DNA of 56,899 nucleotides from Planctomycetota bacterium (GTDB lineage: Bacteria > Planctomycetota > Phycisphaerae > SM23-33): contig JAPLNA010000230.1 of the NCBI GenBank assembly GCA_026693065.1, positions 2,726-59,624 on the forward strand, given 5' to 3'. Below are positions 44,181 to 53,329 of this stretch, piece after piece. Position 1 is the stretch's first letter, and each line of letters begins with the position of its first letter. The position numbers were made by a program, and so were the translations under genes. Below the pieces are notes generated by a model. It saw nothing but the letters and a program-made list of their open reading frames with translations, made no database searches and was not told the DNA's origin.

Positions 44181-45863
44181 TCACTTCCTCGCCTCGTTGC
44201 GGATCGTCAGCAGATCCTTCATTACGTTATGCAGGTTGCCCTTCGCCGTCGTCGTGCCCAGGGCGTCGTGCAGTTGGCGGTAGAGGGCGTAGAGTCTGGC
44301 GTAGACCTTGTGGGCGGCCCGGTTGGGTTTGTAGGCCTTGGGCTTGAGGGCGCTCATGGCCTTCTGGGCGGCGGCGAAGGTGGCATGCCCGCCGGCCTTC
44401 TTGCCCGCGGCGACCGCCCCGGCCATCGCCGAACCCAACGCACACGTCTGGGACGACCGCGAGATCTTCATCGGGCGGCCGGTCACGTCGGCGTAGATCT
44501 GCATCAGCAGCGGGTTCTTCTCGGCGATGCCGCCGGCGGTGACAACCTGGCGGACCTTCACGCCGTATTCCTCGAAGCGGTTGATGATCGTCAGCGCCCC
44601 GAAGGCCGTCGCCTCGATCAGGGCGCGGTAGATCTCCGCCGGCGTGGTGTAAAGCGTCTGCCCGAGCAGCAGCCCGGTGAGCCGCTGGTCGACAAGGATC
44701 GTGCGGTTGCCGTTGTTCCAGTCGAGGGCGAGCAGCCCGCTCTCGCCGGGTGCGAGTTTGGCGGCGCCGGCCGTCAGGGCCTCGTGTGTGCCGGCCTTGC
44801 CGCCGGGCTGAATGTAGTTCACGAACCAGTTGAAGATATCCCCCACAGCCGACTGGCCCGCCTCCAGCCCGAAGTAGCCCGGCAGGATGCTCTCGGGCAC
44901 GATGCCGCACAGCCCGGGCACGTCGGGCAGGGCCTGGGCGAGCGGGGCCACCATCATGTCGCACCCGCTCGTGCCGATGATTTTTACCAGCGTGCCCGGG
45001 GCGATTCCCGCGCCGACGGCGCCGAGGTGGGCGTCGAAGGCCCCAACGGCGACCGGGATGCCCGCGGCCAGGCCGGTGCGCCGGGCCCACTGGTCCGTCA
45101 GCCCGCCCACGGAGCGGTCGATGGCGTGGGCCTTGTCTTTGAGCCGCCCGCGGAGTGCGCCCAGTTCCGGATCGAGGGCGGAGAGAAACTCCGCGTCGGG
45201 GTAGCCACCCCACTGGTCGTGGTACATCGCCTTGTGCCCGGCGGCGCAGACGCAGACGGTGAGTTTGTCGGGCGCCTCCGTGCCCGTCAGGGCCGCGGGA
45301 ATCCAGTCGGCGATCTCCACCCACGTGTACGCCGCCCGGAACACGCGCGGGCTGGTCCGCAGGCAGTGCAGCAGTTTGCTGAAGAACCACTCGCTGCTGT
45401 ACGTGCCGCCGCACTTGGCGAGGTACTGCGGGCGGGTGGTGCGGGCCAGGGCGGTGATCTCCGAAGCCTCGGCGACGCCGGTGTGGTCCTTCCATAGCCA
45501 GGCCATCGCGGCGGGGTCTTTGGCGAAGGGCTTCTTGAACGCCAGGGGCACGCCGGCCTTGTCCACGGGCAGCGGGGTCGAGCCGGTGGTGTCCACGCCG
45601 ATGCCGATGACGTCGGCGGGCTTGAAGCCCTTGACGGCCTTGCGCGCCGCGGCGAGGACCTGGCCGATGGTGGTTTCGGCCCCTTTGAGGTAGTCGGCCG
45701 GGTGCTGGCGGGCGAGGTTGGGGTCTCGTGAGAGGATCACGCCCTGTCGCCCGTGGGCGTAGGTCCAGACGGCGGTGGCCACTTCGCGGCCGTCGGCGAC
45801 GTCGACGAGCAGCGCCCGCACCGAGTTTGTCCCGTAATCCAGCCCGATCGTATATTTGGCCAT
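44181..45863 (-). CDS. araB: L-ribulokinase
   Basis: IGLDYGTNSVRA, RQHPADY, GVDTTGSTPLP, WKDHT, YSSEWF, AAGHK, GLEAGQSAVGDIF, LDWNNGNR, EATAFG. Confidence 0.92.
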   Translation of the reverse strand: MAKYTIGLDYGTNSVRALLVDVADGREVATAVWTYAHGRQGVILSRDPNLARQHPADYLKGAETTIGQVLAAARKAVKGFKPADVIGIGVDTTGSTPLPVDKAGVPLAFKKPFAKDPAAMAWLWKDHTGVAEASEITALARTTRPQYLAKCGGTYSSEWFFSKLLHCLRTSPRVFRAAYTWVEIADWIPAALTGTEAPDKLTVCVCAAGHKAMYHDQWGGYPDAEFLSALDPELGALRGRLKDKAHAIDRSVGGLTDQWARRTGLAAGIPVAVGAFDAHLGAVGAGIAPGTLVKIIGTSGCDMMVAPLAQALPDVPGLCGIVPESILPGYFGLEAGQSAVGDIFNWFVNYIQPGGKAGTHEALTAGAAKLAPGESGLLALDWNNGNRTILVDQRLTGLLLGQTLYTTPAEIYRALIEATAFGALTIINRFEEYGVKVRQVVTAGGIAEKNPLLMQIYADVTGRPMKISRSSQTCALGSAMAGAVAAGKKAGGHATFAAAQKAMSALKPKAYKPNRAAHKVYARLYALYRQLHDALGTTTAKGNLHNVMKDLLTIRNEARK

Positions 45864-45933
45864 GTGGCGACTCCTTCCGGAATGGTTCGGCCGGTGAGTC
45901 TAAGCGAAGGCAGCACTGTGAACAAGAGGGCGA

Positions 45934-46119
45934 GGGGGAACCACGAAGGACACGAAGACCACGAAGGACACAAAGGACAGCAAGACGGAAAGAGAAGGGC
46001 CGGGAGAACGGAAGAAGGAGCAAGCACCTCGGGTGAGTCGAAAGCCTTTGCGGCTCTTTGTTCTATTTCCCGCTGCTCTTTGTGCTCTTTGTGTTCTTTG
46101 TGTTCTTCGTGGTTCCCCC
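45934..46119. repeat. Inverted arms of 9-nt-periodic CACRAAG repeats, copy 1
   Basis: GGGGGAACCACGAAGGACACGAAGACCACGAAGGACACAAAG ... CTTTGTGCTCTTTGTGTTCTTTGTGTTCTTCGTGGTTCCCCC. Confidence 0.88.
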
Positions 46120-46256
46120 CACGTCGCATGGCCGCGGATCACGACCACCGCGAGAGGGCGAATGGGCTTGACTTGAGCGGCGATTGCGGATACCAGCAAC
46201 GGAACGAAGAAAGCGTCCGGCGGACCGGACGGGCGTATTTCAAGAGGAGTCTGACA

Positions 46257-47804
46257 GTGGCTATCAAAGTGGCGTTCATCGGGGCCGGCAGCGTGGGGTT
46301 CACGCGCGGGCTGTTCCGCGACATACTGGCCGTGCCCGAGTTGAAGGACACGCAGTTCGGTTTCACGGACATCAACAAGCGGAACCTGGACATGGTGACC
46401 GCCCTGTGCCGGAAGGATATCCGCGAGAACAAGCTGCCGGCGACGATCGACGCGACGACCAATCGCCTCAAGGTCCTCGAGGGGGCCGACTACGTCATCA
46501 ACTGCACCCGCATCGGCGGGCTGGAGGCCTTCAAGCTCGATATCGACATTCCGCTCAAGTACGGCGTGGACCAGTGCGTGGGCGACACGCTGTGCGCCGG
46601 CGGGATCATGTACGGCCAGCGGAATATCCCCTGCGTGCTGGATTTCTGCCACGACATCCGCGAGGTCGCCAACGAGAACGCCCTGTTCCTGAACTACGCC
46701 AACCCCAACGCGATGAACACCTGGGCGGCCAATCACTTCGGCGGCGTGCCGACGATCGGGCTCTGCCACGGCGTGATGGGCGGGCACTGGCAGATCGCCA
46801 CGGTGATCGAGTTGCTCGTCAACAAGGGCAAGAAGCCCGGCAGGCCCGGCTACACGAAGGTCTCGACCAGGGACGTCGACATCATCTGCGCCGGCATCAA
46901 TCACCAGACGTGGTACGTCCAGGTGATCTACAAGGGCGAAGACTGGTGCGACCGCCTGCTGGAAGGCTTCCAGAAGCACCCGGAGTATTCGAAGACCGAG
47001 AAGGTCCGCATCGACATGCTCAAGCGGTTCGGCTACTACAGCACCGAATCCAACGGGCACCTGTCGGAGTACGTGCCCTGGTATCGCAAGCGGACGAAGG
47101 AGATCAAGAACTGGATCGACCTGGGCTGCTGGATCAACGGCGAGACGGGCGGGTATCTCCGCGTGTGCACGGAGGGGCGTAACTGGTTCGAGACGGACTT
47201 CGACAACTGGCTGAAGGCCGACGTGCCGCCGATCTCGCCCCAGCACCGCGGCGGGGAGCACGGCAGTTACATCATCGAGGGGCTCGAGACCGGGAAGGTC
47301 TACCGCGGGCACTTCAACGTGCCCAATAACGGGTGCATCACCAACCTGCCCGACGACGCCATCGTCGAAGTGCCCGGGTACGTCGACCGCAACGGGGTGA
47401 GCATCCCGAAGGTGGGCGACCTGCCGTTGGGCTGTGCGGCCGTGTGCAGCGCGTCGATCCACGTGCAGCGGCTGGCCGTCGAGGCGGCTGTGTACGGCGA
47501 CGTCGACCTGCTCAAGCAGGCGATGATGATGGACCCCCTCGTCGGGGCCGTCTGCGACCCCAACGAGATCTCCCAGATGACCGACGAGATGCTCGTCGCC
47601 CAGGCCAAGTGGCTGCCGCAGTACCGCGGCGAGATTGCCAAGGCCGCCAAGAGGCTTGCGAGCGAGAAGCGGCTGGGGACGAAGGGCACGAAGGGCGTGG
47701 CGAGGCTGCACACCAAGACGGTGACGGAGATGAAGAAGGACCGGGCGGCGGCCCGGCGAATCGCCGCCGCCTCGGACAAGGCGAATCTGGCGAAGAAGAA
47801 GTAA
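46257..47804 (+). CDS. melA: GH4 alpha-galactosidase (second MelA-like paralogue)
   Basis: GAGGAG RBS, GTG start; KVAFIGAGS, PLKYGVDQCVGDT, NYANP, GLCHGV, GINHQ, TESNGHLSEY. Confidence 0.9.
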   Translation: MAIKVAFIGAGSVGFTRGLFRDILAVPELKDTQFGFTDINKRNLDMVTALCRKDIRENKLPATIDATTNRLKVLEGADYVINCTRIGGLEAFKLDIDIPLKYGVDQCVGDTLCAGGIMYGQRNIPCVLDFCHDIREVANENALFLNYANPNAMNTWAANHFGGVPTIGLCHGVMGGHWQIATVIELLVNKGKKPGRPGYTKVSTRDVDIICAGINHQTWYVQVIYKGEDWCDRLLEGFQKHPEYSKTEKVRIDMLKRFGYYSTESNGHLSEYVPWYRKRTKEIKNWIDLGCWINGETGGYLRVCTEGRNWFETDFDNWLKADVPPISPQHRGGEHGSYIIEGLETGKVYRGHFNVPNNGCITNLPDDAIVEVPGYVDRNGVSIPKVGDLPLGCAAVCSASIHVQRLAVEAAVYGDVDLLKQAMMMDPLVGAVCDPNEISQMTDEMLVAQAKWLPQYRGEIAKAAKRLASEKRLGTKGTKGVARLHTKTVTEMKKDRAAARRIAAASDKANLAKKK

Positions 47805-47808
47805 AACC

Positions 47809-47904
47809 TACCGGTTTACCGATTACCGATTACTGGTTACTGATTACGCGTCACAGTCTGACGATCGCGTAACCCGTAATCAGTAACCAGTAATTCGTTA
47901 ACCG
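47809..47904. repeat. Inverted arms of 7-nt-periodic TTAC(C/T)G(A/G) repeats
   Basis: Perfect 20-bp inverted repeat 47829-47848/47875-47894 between convergent genes. Confidence 0.88.
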
Positions 47905-47912
47905 ATGCTTCT

Positions 47913-49004
47913 TCAGTACGTCCCCATCTCCAGCCCGCGGTCGCGGAAGAAGCGGTAGGTCTTGTAGTCCACGCTCTGGGGGATGCTGTGGTCGGAGTGC
48001 AGGATGTACCCGCCGCCGGCCATCGCGATGGGGAGCTTGGCGTCCAGCTCGGCCTGGACGATCGCCAGGTCGTTGGTCTCGAGCTTTCGCACGTCCATGC
48101 CGCCACAGAAGGAGATGCGGTCGCCGTAGGCTTTCTTGAGCCGCACGAGATCCATGCCGGCCTTGGTTTCGATGGCCTGAAGGCAGTCCATGCCCGCCTC
48201 GATCAGCCCGGGCACGAGGGGCTCGACGAACCCGCAGGAGTGCACCACGATGGGCACGTTGTGACGCTTGGCGACGGCGAAGGTCTTCTTGTGGGCCGGC
48301 AGGATGAACTCGTTGTACATCGCCGGCGACATGAAGGGGCGTTCCTTGAAGCCCATGTCCTCGTAGAACCACATGATGTCCGGCGTGCCGCCCTCGGAGA
48401 ACATGATCTCGAGGCAGGCGGCGATCATGTCGCCGAAGACGTGGCACATGTCGTGGACCCACTCCGGTTCGGCGATCATGCCCATGAGCATGTGCTCGTG
48501 CCCGCAGAGCGGGTGCATGCACTCGAATACATTAATGCTCATGCACTTGTAGCATTTGCCGTCGGCCTCGCAGGAGACCCGGGTGTTCTTGCACCAGTCG
48601 ACGGTGCTCCGCCGGCGGTACAGCGACGTATCCGCCAGGAACGGCCGGGCGTGCTCCTCCCACGAGCGGCGGTCCTTGACGGTGAAGTCCACGTGCTCGG
48701 GCGTGCCGCTGCGCCCCTTCCACCACCGCAGCTTCGCCCCGTTGCCGTCGAGCACGAGTTTGTGCTCGTCGTTCTCCTCGATGACCTGGTCTTTCCAGTC
48801 CAGGTTGGCCGTGGGGGTGACCCACCCGGCCTCGCGGGCGTCGAGGGCGAAGTGGCGTTCCGGGTCTTCCTCGGCCCCCAGGTGCCCTTCCTTGCGCCAC
48901 CGCACGAGCGTGTCGGGCCAGAAGCCCTCGAGCACCCCGATCCGGTCGACGCTCTGGCGGCGGACGATCCGCGGGATCCGCTCTTTGCTTGTCATGGCAG
49001 CCAT
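47913..49004 (-). CDS. Uroporphyrinogen decarboxylase/MtaA-CmuA methyltransferase superfamily protein
   Basis: MTSKERI, EDMGFK..PFMSP, VHSCG, LIEAGMD, GMDL..LKKAYGDRISFCGG.D, GGGYILHSDHSIP. Confidence 0.85.
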   Translation of the reverse strand: MAAMTSKERIPRIVRRQSVDRIGVLEGFWPDTLVRWRKEGHLGAEEDPERHFALDAREAGWVTPTANLDWKDQVIEENDEHKLVLDGNGAKLRWWKGRSGTPEHVDFTVKDRRSWEEHARPFLADTSLYRRRSTVDWCKNTRVSCEADGKCYKCMSINVFECMHPLCGHEHMLMGMIAEPEWVHDMCHVFGDMIAACLEIMFSEGGTPDIMWFYEDMGFKERPFMSPAMYNEFILPAHKKTFAVAKRHNVPIVVHSCGFVEPLVPGLIEAGMDCLQAIETKAGMDLVRLKKAYGDRISFCGGMDVRKLETNDLAIVQAELDAKLPIAMAGGGYILHSDHSIPQSVDYKTYRFFRDRGLEMGTY

Positions 49005-49026
49005 GAATTGCTCCTCGGTAATGAAC

Positions 49027-50121
49027 TCAAACGATTTCCAACGCGTTGCGGTCGCCCAGCGCGGGGAACGGGGCCGCCGGAAGCGTCTGATACCAGTACG
49101 CCACCGAGCACAGGTCGTGCTGCCCGGGGTAGTACCGCCCCTCCGTCCGCCAGCCCAGGGCCTGGATCCGCACGCGGAGGTCCTTCCCGAACCGCACCGG
49201 GTCCATCACGTGCCAGCGGTACATGCCGTGGCGGTGCTGGCTCTGGTACGTGCCGTCGGGGCGGTGGACGTAGTGCATGCCCATGAAGGCCGTCGAATAC
49301 TCGACGTACTTGCCGTTGACGTCCCAGTTGTACGAGCCGCCGAAGTAATCCTCCGTGCCCGTGCCGCAGATCGTCGGGAACTCGCCGTCGCCGTCGATGA
49401 AGAACTTGATCTCGCCCTCGCCGAACCAGCCGCTGTTGTTGACCCCCCACCCCATCACCGTGCCGACGTAATGCCCGCGCCCCTTCACGCCGTCCAGGAT
49501 CACGTACTCCTGGGCGTACGGCAGCGGATTCACGCGGCGGAACTGGGCGTGGAAGTACGCGCAGTCGTCCGGCACGCTCGTGAGGGTGTAGTTGATCTGG
49601 TGGAAGCACCCCCCGACGGCCGTCGGGTGGCGGTTCTCGACCGTCACGCGGCAGCTCTTGCGGAAGGGCATCTCCCAGAAACAGTTCAGCCCCGCGCGGG
49701 GGTTGACCGCCACGGGCAGGCTGTTGACGGGACAGTAGGGCCAGCCCATGCACTGCGTCGACCAGGGCATGGCGAAGAAGTCCGAGATGGGGACCTCGAC
49801 GGACGGAGCGGCCTGGCCGTCCCAGTAGATCCGCAGGATGAAGTCGCGGCTGACCACGCTGCCGGCGAACCACATGCTCTGAATCGCCCCGGGCCCTTCA
49901 ATGTCCGCCAGTGTCACCGTCTGTCCGGGAGCAACATCGTGACAGGGCCTGCATTTCCAGCCTCGCCCGAGCTCCCGCGCCGGGCCGTTCGGGTCCGCCG
50001 GCGCCATCGCCCCGGCCCCCTTCCCGCCCGTGGGGTTCTCGGCGGAAATGCTCCGCGTCTGGGCGGAGGACAGGCGCGACAGGTTACCGAGGGACATTCC
50101 CAGGCCGTTGAATTCTGACAT
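49027..50121 (-). CDS. DUF2961 / GH172-family protein
   Basis: TRSISAENPTGGKG, LRIYWDG..PSVEVP..DFF, NCFWEMPF, YFHAQFRR, WFGEGEIKFFIDGD, ICGTGTEDYF. Confidence 0.9.
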   Translation of the reverse strand: MSEFNGLGMSLGNLSRLSSAQTRSISAENPTGGKGAGAMAPADPNGPARELGRGWKCRPCHDVAPGQTVTLADIEGPGAIQSMWFAGSVVSRDFILRIYWDGQAAPSVEVPISDFFAMPWSTQCMGWPYCPVNSLPVAVNPRAGLNCFWEMPFRKSCRVTVENRHPTAVGGCFHQINYTLTSVPDDCAYFHAQFRRVNPLPYAQEYVILDGVKGRGHYVGTVMGWGVNNSGWFGEGEIKFFIDGDGEFPTICGTGTEDYFGGSYNWDVNGKYVEYSTAFMGMHYVHRPDGTYQSQHRHGMYRWHVMDPVRFGKDLRVRIQALGWRTEGRYYPGQHDLCSVAYWYQTLPAAPFPALGDRNALEIV

Positions 50122-50163
50122 CGTCGTGACTCCAAAGGAGTGTTATAGGTTAGGGGCGGCAAG

Positions 50164-50344
50164 GGGAACCACGAAGCACACAAAGGTCACGAAGATCACA
50201 AAGGGCGGAAGAAGAGGGACGAGAAGGCATCGCGGCCGAAACAGCAAAGCGCCCGGGCGGTGTCTTTCTTCCATTCCTCATCATTCTCTTCTTTTCTTTC
50301 CGTCCTTCGTGTTCTTCGTGATCTTTGTGTGCTTCGTGGTTCCC
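50164..50344. repeat. Inverted arms of 9-nt-periodic CACRAAG repeats, copy 2
   Basis: The first 22 bp (GGGAACCACGAAGCACACAAAG) are perfectly inverted at the right end; about 41-bp arms with 3 mismatches. Confidence 0.9.
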
Positions 50345-50367
50345 TGGCCGCCGGATTCCAAAAAGCC

Positions 50368-52917
50368 CTATTTCTTGACAGTCACCGTCAGACTCTTGCC
50401 CGCGGGAATCGTCTTGAGGTCACCGAGGCACTTGCAGCCGACGCCGGCCAGCTCGAAGCAGCCCAGGGCCACCTGCCCGCCCAGGACGGCGAGCTTGGCG
50501 GTGAAGCCGCCCTTGGCCTTGGCGATGGTGCACGTGCCCCACGCGTAGCCGTTGGACCAGAAGTGCTCGCCCGGCACGGCGGCGAAGGACATGCTCTTGT
50601 CCACGCCGGAATACCGGAAGCCCGTCAGGGTCGGAATCGCCGCCCAGGCCGCCATCGCGCGGGCGTAGTGGTGCCCGCACTCGGCCTCGTTGAACGGGTT
50701 CCGCCGCCAGCCGTCGTACCGGTCGCGGATATTGCGAATGCACTCGAGCCCGGCGGCGGTCTGCCCTTCCTGCAACATGCCGATCGCCGCGGCGTACTCG
50801 AAGCCCGTCATCACCTCGGTGAAGTACGGGAACGGGTTCCGCGGGCGGTCCTTGGGGTAGGCCGCCATCAGCAGGGCCTTCTCCTGGCCCACCACGAAAC
50901 TCCGCATGCAGTTGAAGTGCCCCGTGAAGTCCGTCCGGTAGTTGTACTTCATGATCGCCTTGTACGTCTTGGCGACGTTCTCGGGTTTGACGAGATAGCC
51001 CAGCCCGGCCACGTGGGCCAGGTACTGCCCCACGAGCTGATCGACCAAACACGCGGCCCCGAGCTGGTAGTCGGCGTTCTTCGGGTCGCCGGGGGTCCAT
51101 TTGCCCAGCGCCAGCCCGGGAGCGATCTCCCCGGCCGGGGCCTGGATCTTGTGCTCGTAGAACTCGCCGTTGAAGAGGTTCTCGTCGAGCCACTTACTGC
51201 CCCGCTCGAAGAGCCCGCGGCAGGTGGCGGCGAATTCGGCGTCGCCCATGGCCTTGGCCATTTCCTCGCCTGCCCGCAACGCGCCCAGATACCACACGCC
51301 CATCTGCCCGTTCGGGCCGTAGTATTCCACATCCATCGTGTTGTGCTGGCAGCCTTCCATCACGCCGTCCTGGTCGGCGTCCCACCCGCCGGGCACCCAG
51401 CAGAAGGCCAGGGCCTTCTTCACGTTGGGCCAGAGCCGCTCCAGCGTCGCCGTGTCGCCCGAGAGCTGCCAATCGCGGTACATCTTGATCAGGCAGCCCA
51501 TCTGCCCGTCCGCGGCGGCGAGTTGGCTCTCCTTGGCGCGGTCGAGGGGCAGTTTCGCGCGGAAGCTCATGTACCCGTTCTCGTGCGTGGCATAGGCGAA
51601 CTCGACGTCGCGCATGCTCATCGCCAGGTCGCCGAACAGGAACGCGGCCGTGTTCTCGTAGTTCCATACGTGGGTGCACGAACCCTCGCAGCACCCGCAC
51701 GTGTCGCCGCAGCCCTCCCAGCCGAACAGGTGGCCGTCAGGCGTGCGGAAGCAGGTCTGCGTCCTCAGCGTGGACAGGTTGGCCAGGGCGGCGTCCTTGA
51801 CCTCCAGGGGCAGCTTGGCGTCGCAGACCGCCCGGACGAACTGGACGGTGCGGGCCTCCAGGGCCGGAAGCTCGCCCGCGACCCGCTCGGCCACCGCCCA
51901 GGCGTCGGCATACTGCGTGCAGTAGTGGTTACCGATCCAGTCGCTGGGCTCCAGGCAGGTCTTCTTGGTGTCGCCGCAGCAATTCTCCTTCGTCCGGGGC
52001 CACCAGTTGTAGCGGTTGGGGAAGTGCCACGTGATCAGGAACGTGACTTCCTTGACGGCCTTGGGGGGCAGTTTGATCTCGACGGCCAGCGAGGCCACGG
52101 GCAGCTTCTGGCCCGGTGCGGCGGTGCGGGGTTCGAGCCTGCCGTCGGCGCTGAAGTCGTCCCAGAAGTCCAGAGCGCTCGTGCCCCACCCCGCCGGCAG
52201 CCAGGCCGTCCGATGCGTCAGGGCGCCCCTGGTGGTCGTCGTCAGGGCCATCGTGCCCCAGGCCGGCGTGGTCTGGTCGGCCGCCGCCGACGTCATGGAA
52301 ATGCCGCGAACGGCCGCGCCCTCGCGGTAGGCGTTGGCGTTGCCCTCGACCATCGAGTGTGTGCCGTCGGACCCGATGAAGTTGGGCATCACGCCGCACA
52401 CCGACGCCGTCACGGGCTTGTTCGTGCGGTTGGTGACGACGTACCGGAGAATCGCCACCGGGATGCTGCTGACGGCGGCGTCGGTCGGAACGAGCGGGTT
52501 GAATGCCTGCAACGTGACGGAGACGGGCATGGCCGGGTCGCTCAGGAACACCTGCCCCAGCGGATACGCGGCGGCAAAGGAACACTTGGCGAACCGCGGC
52601 AGGCCGTGGTTGGGCACCGGGCAGCCGTTGTCGCCGTAGTCGGCGGTGTCGATGGGGCCCATGAGCGCCCTGGTGACGGCCTCGCCGCCGGCGGGCTTGG
52701 CGTAGATGGCAAAGAACGCCGCGTGCACGCCGTCGCCGCCGGGCGTGAAACCCTTGGCCGGTCGGTTGGCGATTTCCCAGTCCCTGAAATGGCCCAGCCC
52801 GCCCAGGCTCACCGTCCCGGTCCCGATCCCGCCCAGGGGCAGCGCCAGCCGCCGCAGGTGCGCCTGGTCGTATCGCTTCAGTATCGGCCATTCGTTCCGC
52901 TTGTTCGTTTTCGCCAT
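50368..52917 (-). CDS. GH116-family glycoside hydrolase (non-lysosomal glucosylceramidase-like)
   Basis: PLGGIGTG, WEI.NRP, WEGC..CCEGSCTHVWNY, AADGQ, QHNTMDVE, DQLVGQ, EVMTGFEY, NPFNEAECGHHYARAM. Confidence 0.9.
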   Translation of the reverse strand: MAKTNKRNEWPILKRYDQAHLRRLALPLGGIGTGTVSLGGLGHFRDWEIANRPAKGFTPGGDGVHAAFFAIYAKPAGGEAVTRALMGPIDTADYGDNGCPVPNHGLPRFAKCSFAAAYPLGQVFLSDPAMPVSVTLQAFNPLVPTDAAVSSIPVAILRYVVTNRTNKPVTASVCGVMPNFIGSDGTHSMVEGNANAYREGAAVRGISMTSAAADQTTPAWGTMALTTTTRGALTHRTAWLPAGWGTSALDFWDDFSADGRLEPRTAAPGQKLPVASLAVEIKLPPKAVKEVTFLITWHFPNRYNWWPRTKENCCGDTKKTCLEPSDWIGNHYCTQYADAWAVAERVAGELPALEARTVQFVRAVCDAKLPLEVKDAALANLSTLRTQTCFRTPDGHLFGWEGCGDTCGCCEGSCTHVWNYENTAAFLFGDLAMSMRDVEFAYATHENGYMSFRAKLPLDRAKESQLAAADGQMGCLIKMYRDWQLSGDTATLERLWPNVKKALAFCWVPGGWDADQDGVMEGCQHNTMDVEYYGPNGQMGVWYLGALRAGEEMAKAMGDAEFAATCRGLFERGSKWLDENLFNGEFYEHKIQAPAGEIAPGLALGKWTPGDPKNADYQLGAACLVDQLVGQYLAHVAGLGYLVKPENVAKTYKAIMKYNYRTDFTGHFNCMRSFVVGQEKALLMAAYPKDRPRNPFPYFTEVMTGFEYAAAIGMLQEGQTAAGLECIRNIRDRYDGWRRNPFNEAECGHHYARAMAAWAAIPTLTGFRYSGVDKSMSFAAVPGEHFWSNGYAWGTCTIAKAKGGFTAKLAVLGGQVALGCFELAGVGCKCLGDLKTIPAGKSLTVTVKK

Positions 52918-53059
52918 GGCTGTCCGTTCCTTTTCTCGCGGGGGTTTCTCTGTGCGACAGAAGCACCTTTCATACCTTTTCGCGTGCAAATGTCCATGGA
53001 ATTCCCGCCCCGCGCCCATGGTCGGAAAGCGGGCCGGTGGCGGCTGGGCGAGTGAGACT

Positions 53060-53215
53060 GGGATTAGGGGATTCAAAGGGATGGGAGGACAAAGAGATTG
53101 GGAGAGAAACACCCGGGATACAGAATCTCAGATCCAAGATCTCAGATCCGAGATTCCAGAAGACCTCTCCCAATCCATTTATCCTAATCCCCCAATCCAG
53201 AAATCCCCTAATCCC
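53060..53215. repeat. Inverted GGGATT/AATCCC arms with a nested heptamer array
   Basis: GGGATTAGGGGATT ... AATCCCCTAATCCC; inner pair GATTGGGAGAG/CTCTCCCAATC; nested AATCTCA GATCCAA GATCTCA GATCCGA GATTCCA. Confidence 0.8.
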
Positions 53216-53329
53216 CGTCTCTTTCCTTCGCCTACAGACCGCCCCCGGCCTTGCCGTCGACGTCCGGAAAGGCGAGAGCTTGCCATTTGCCGGAGAAGGG
53301 AGGATAATGCGGGGGAAAGGGTTTGCGGG

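Noticed and set aside
47913-49004. Calling the UroD-like gene hemE
   Set aside because: Lacks the HemE N-terminal RQAGR motif and any tetrapyrrole gene context.
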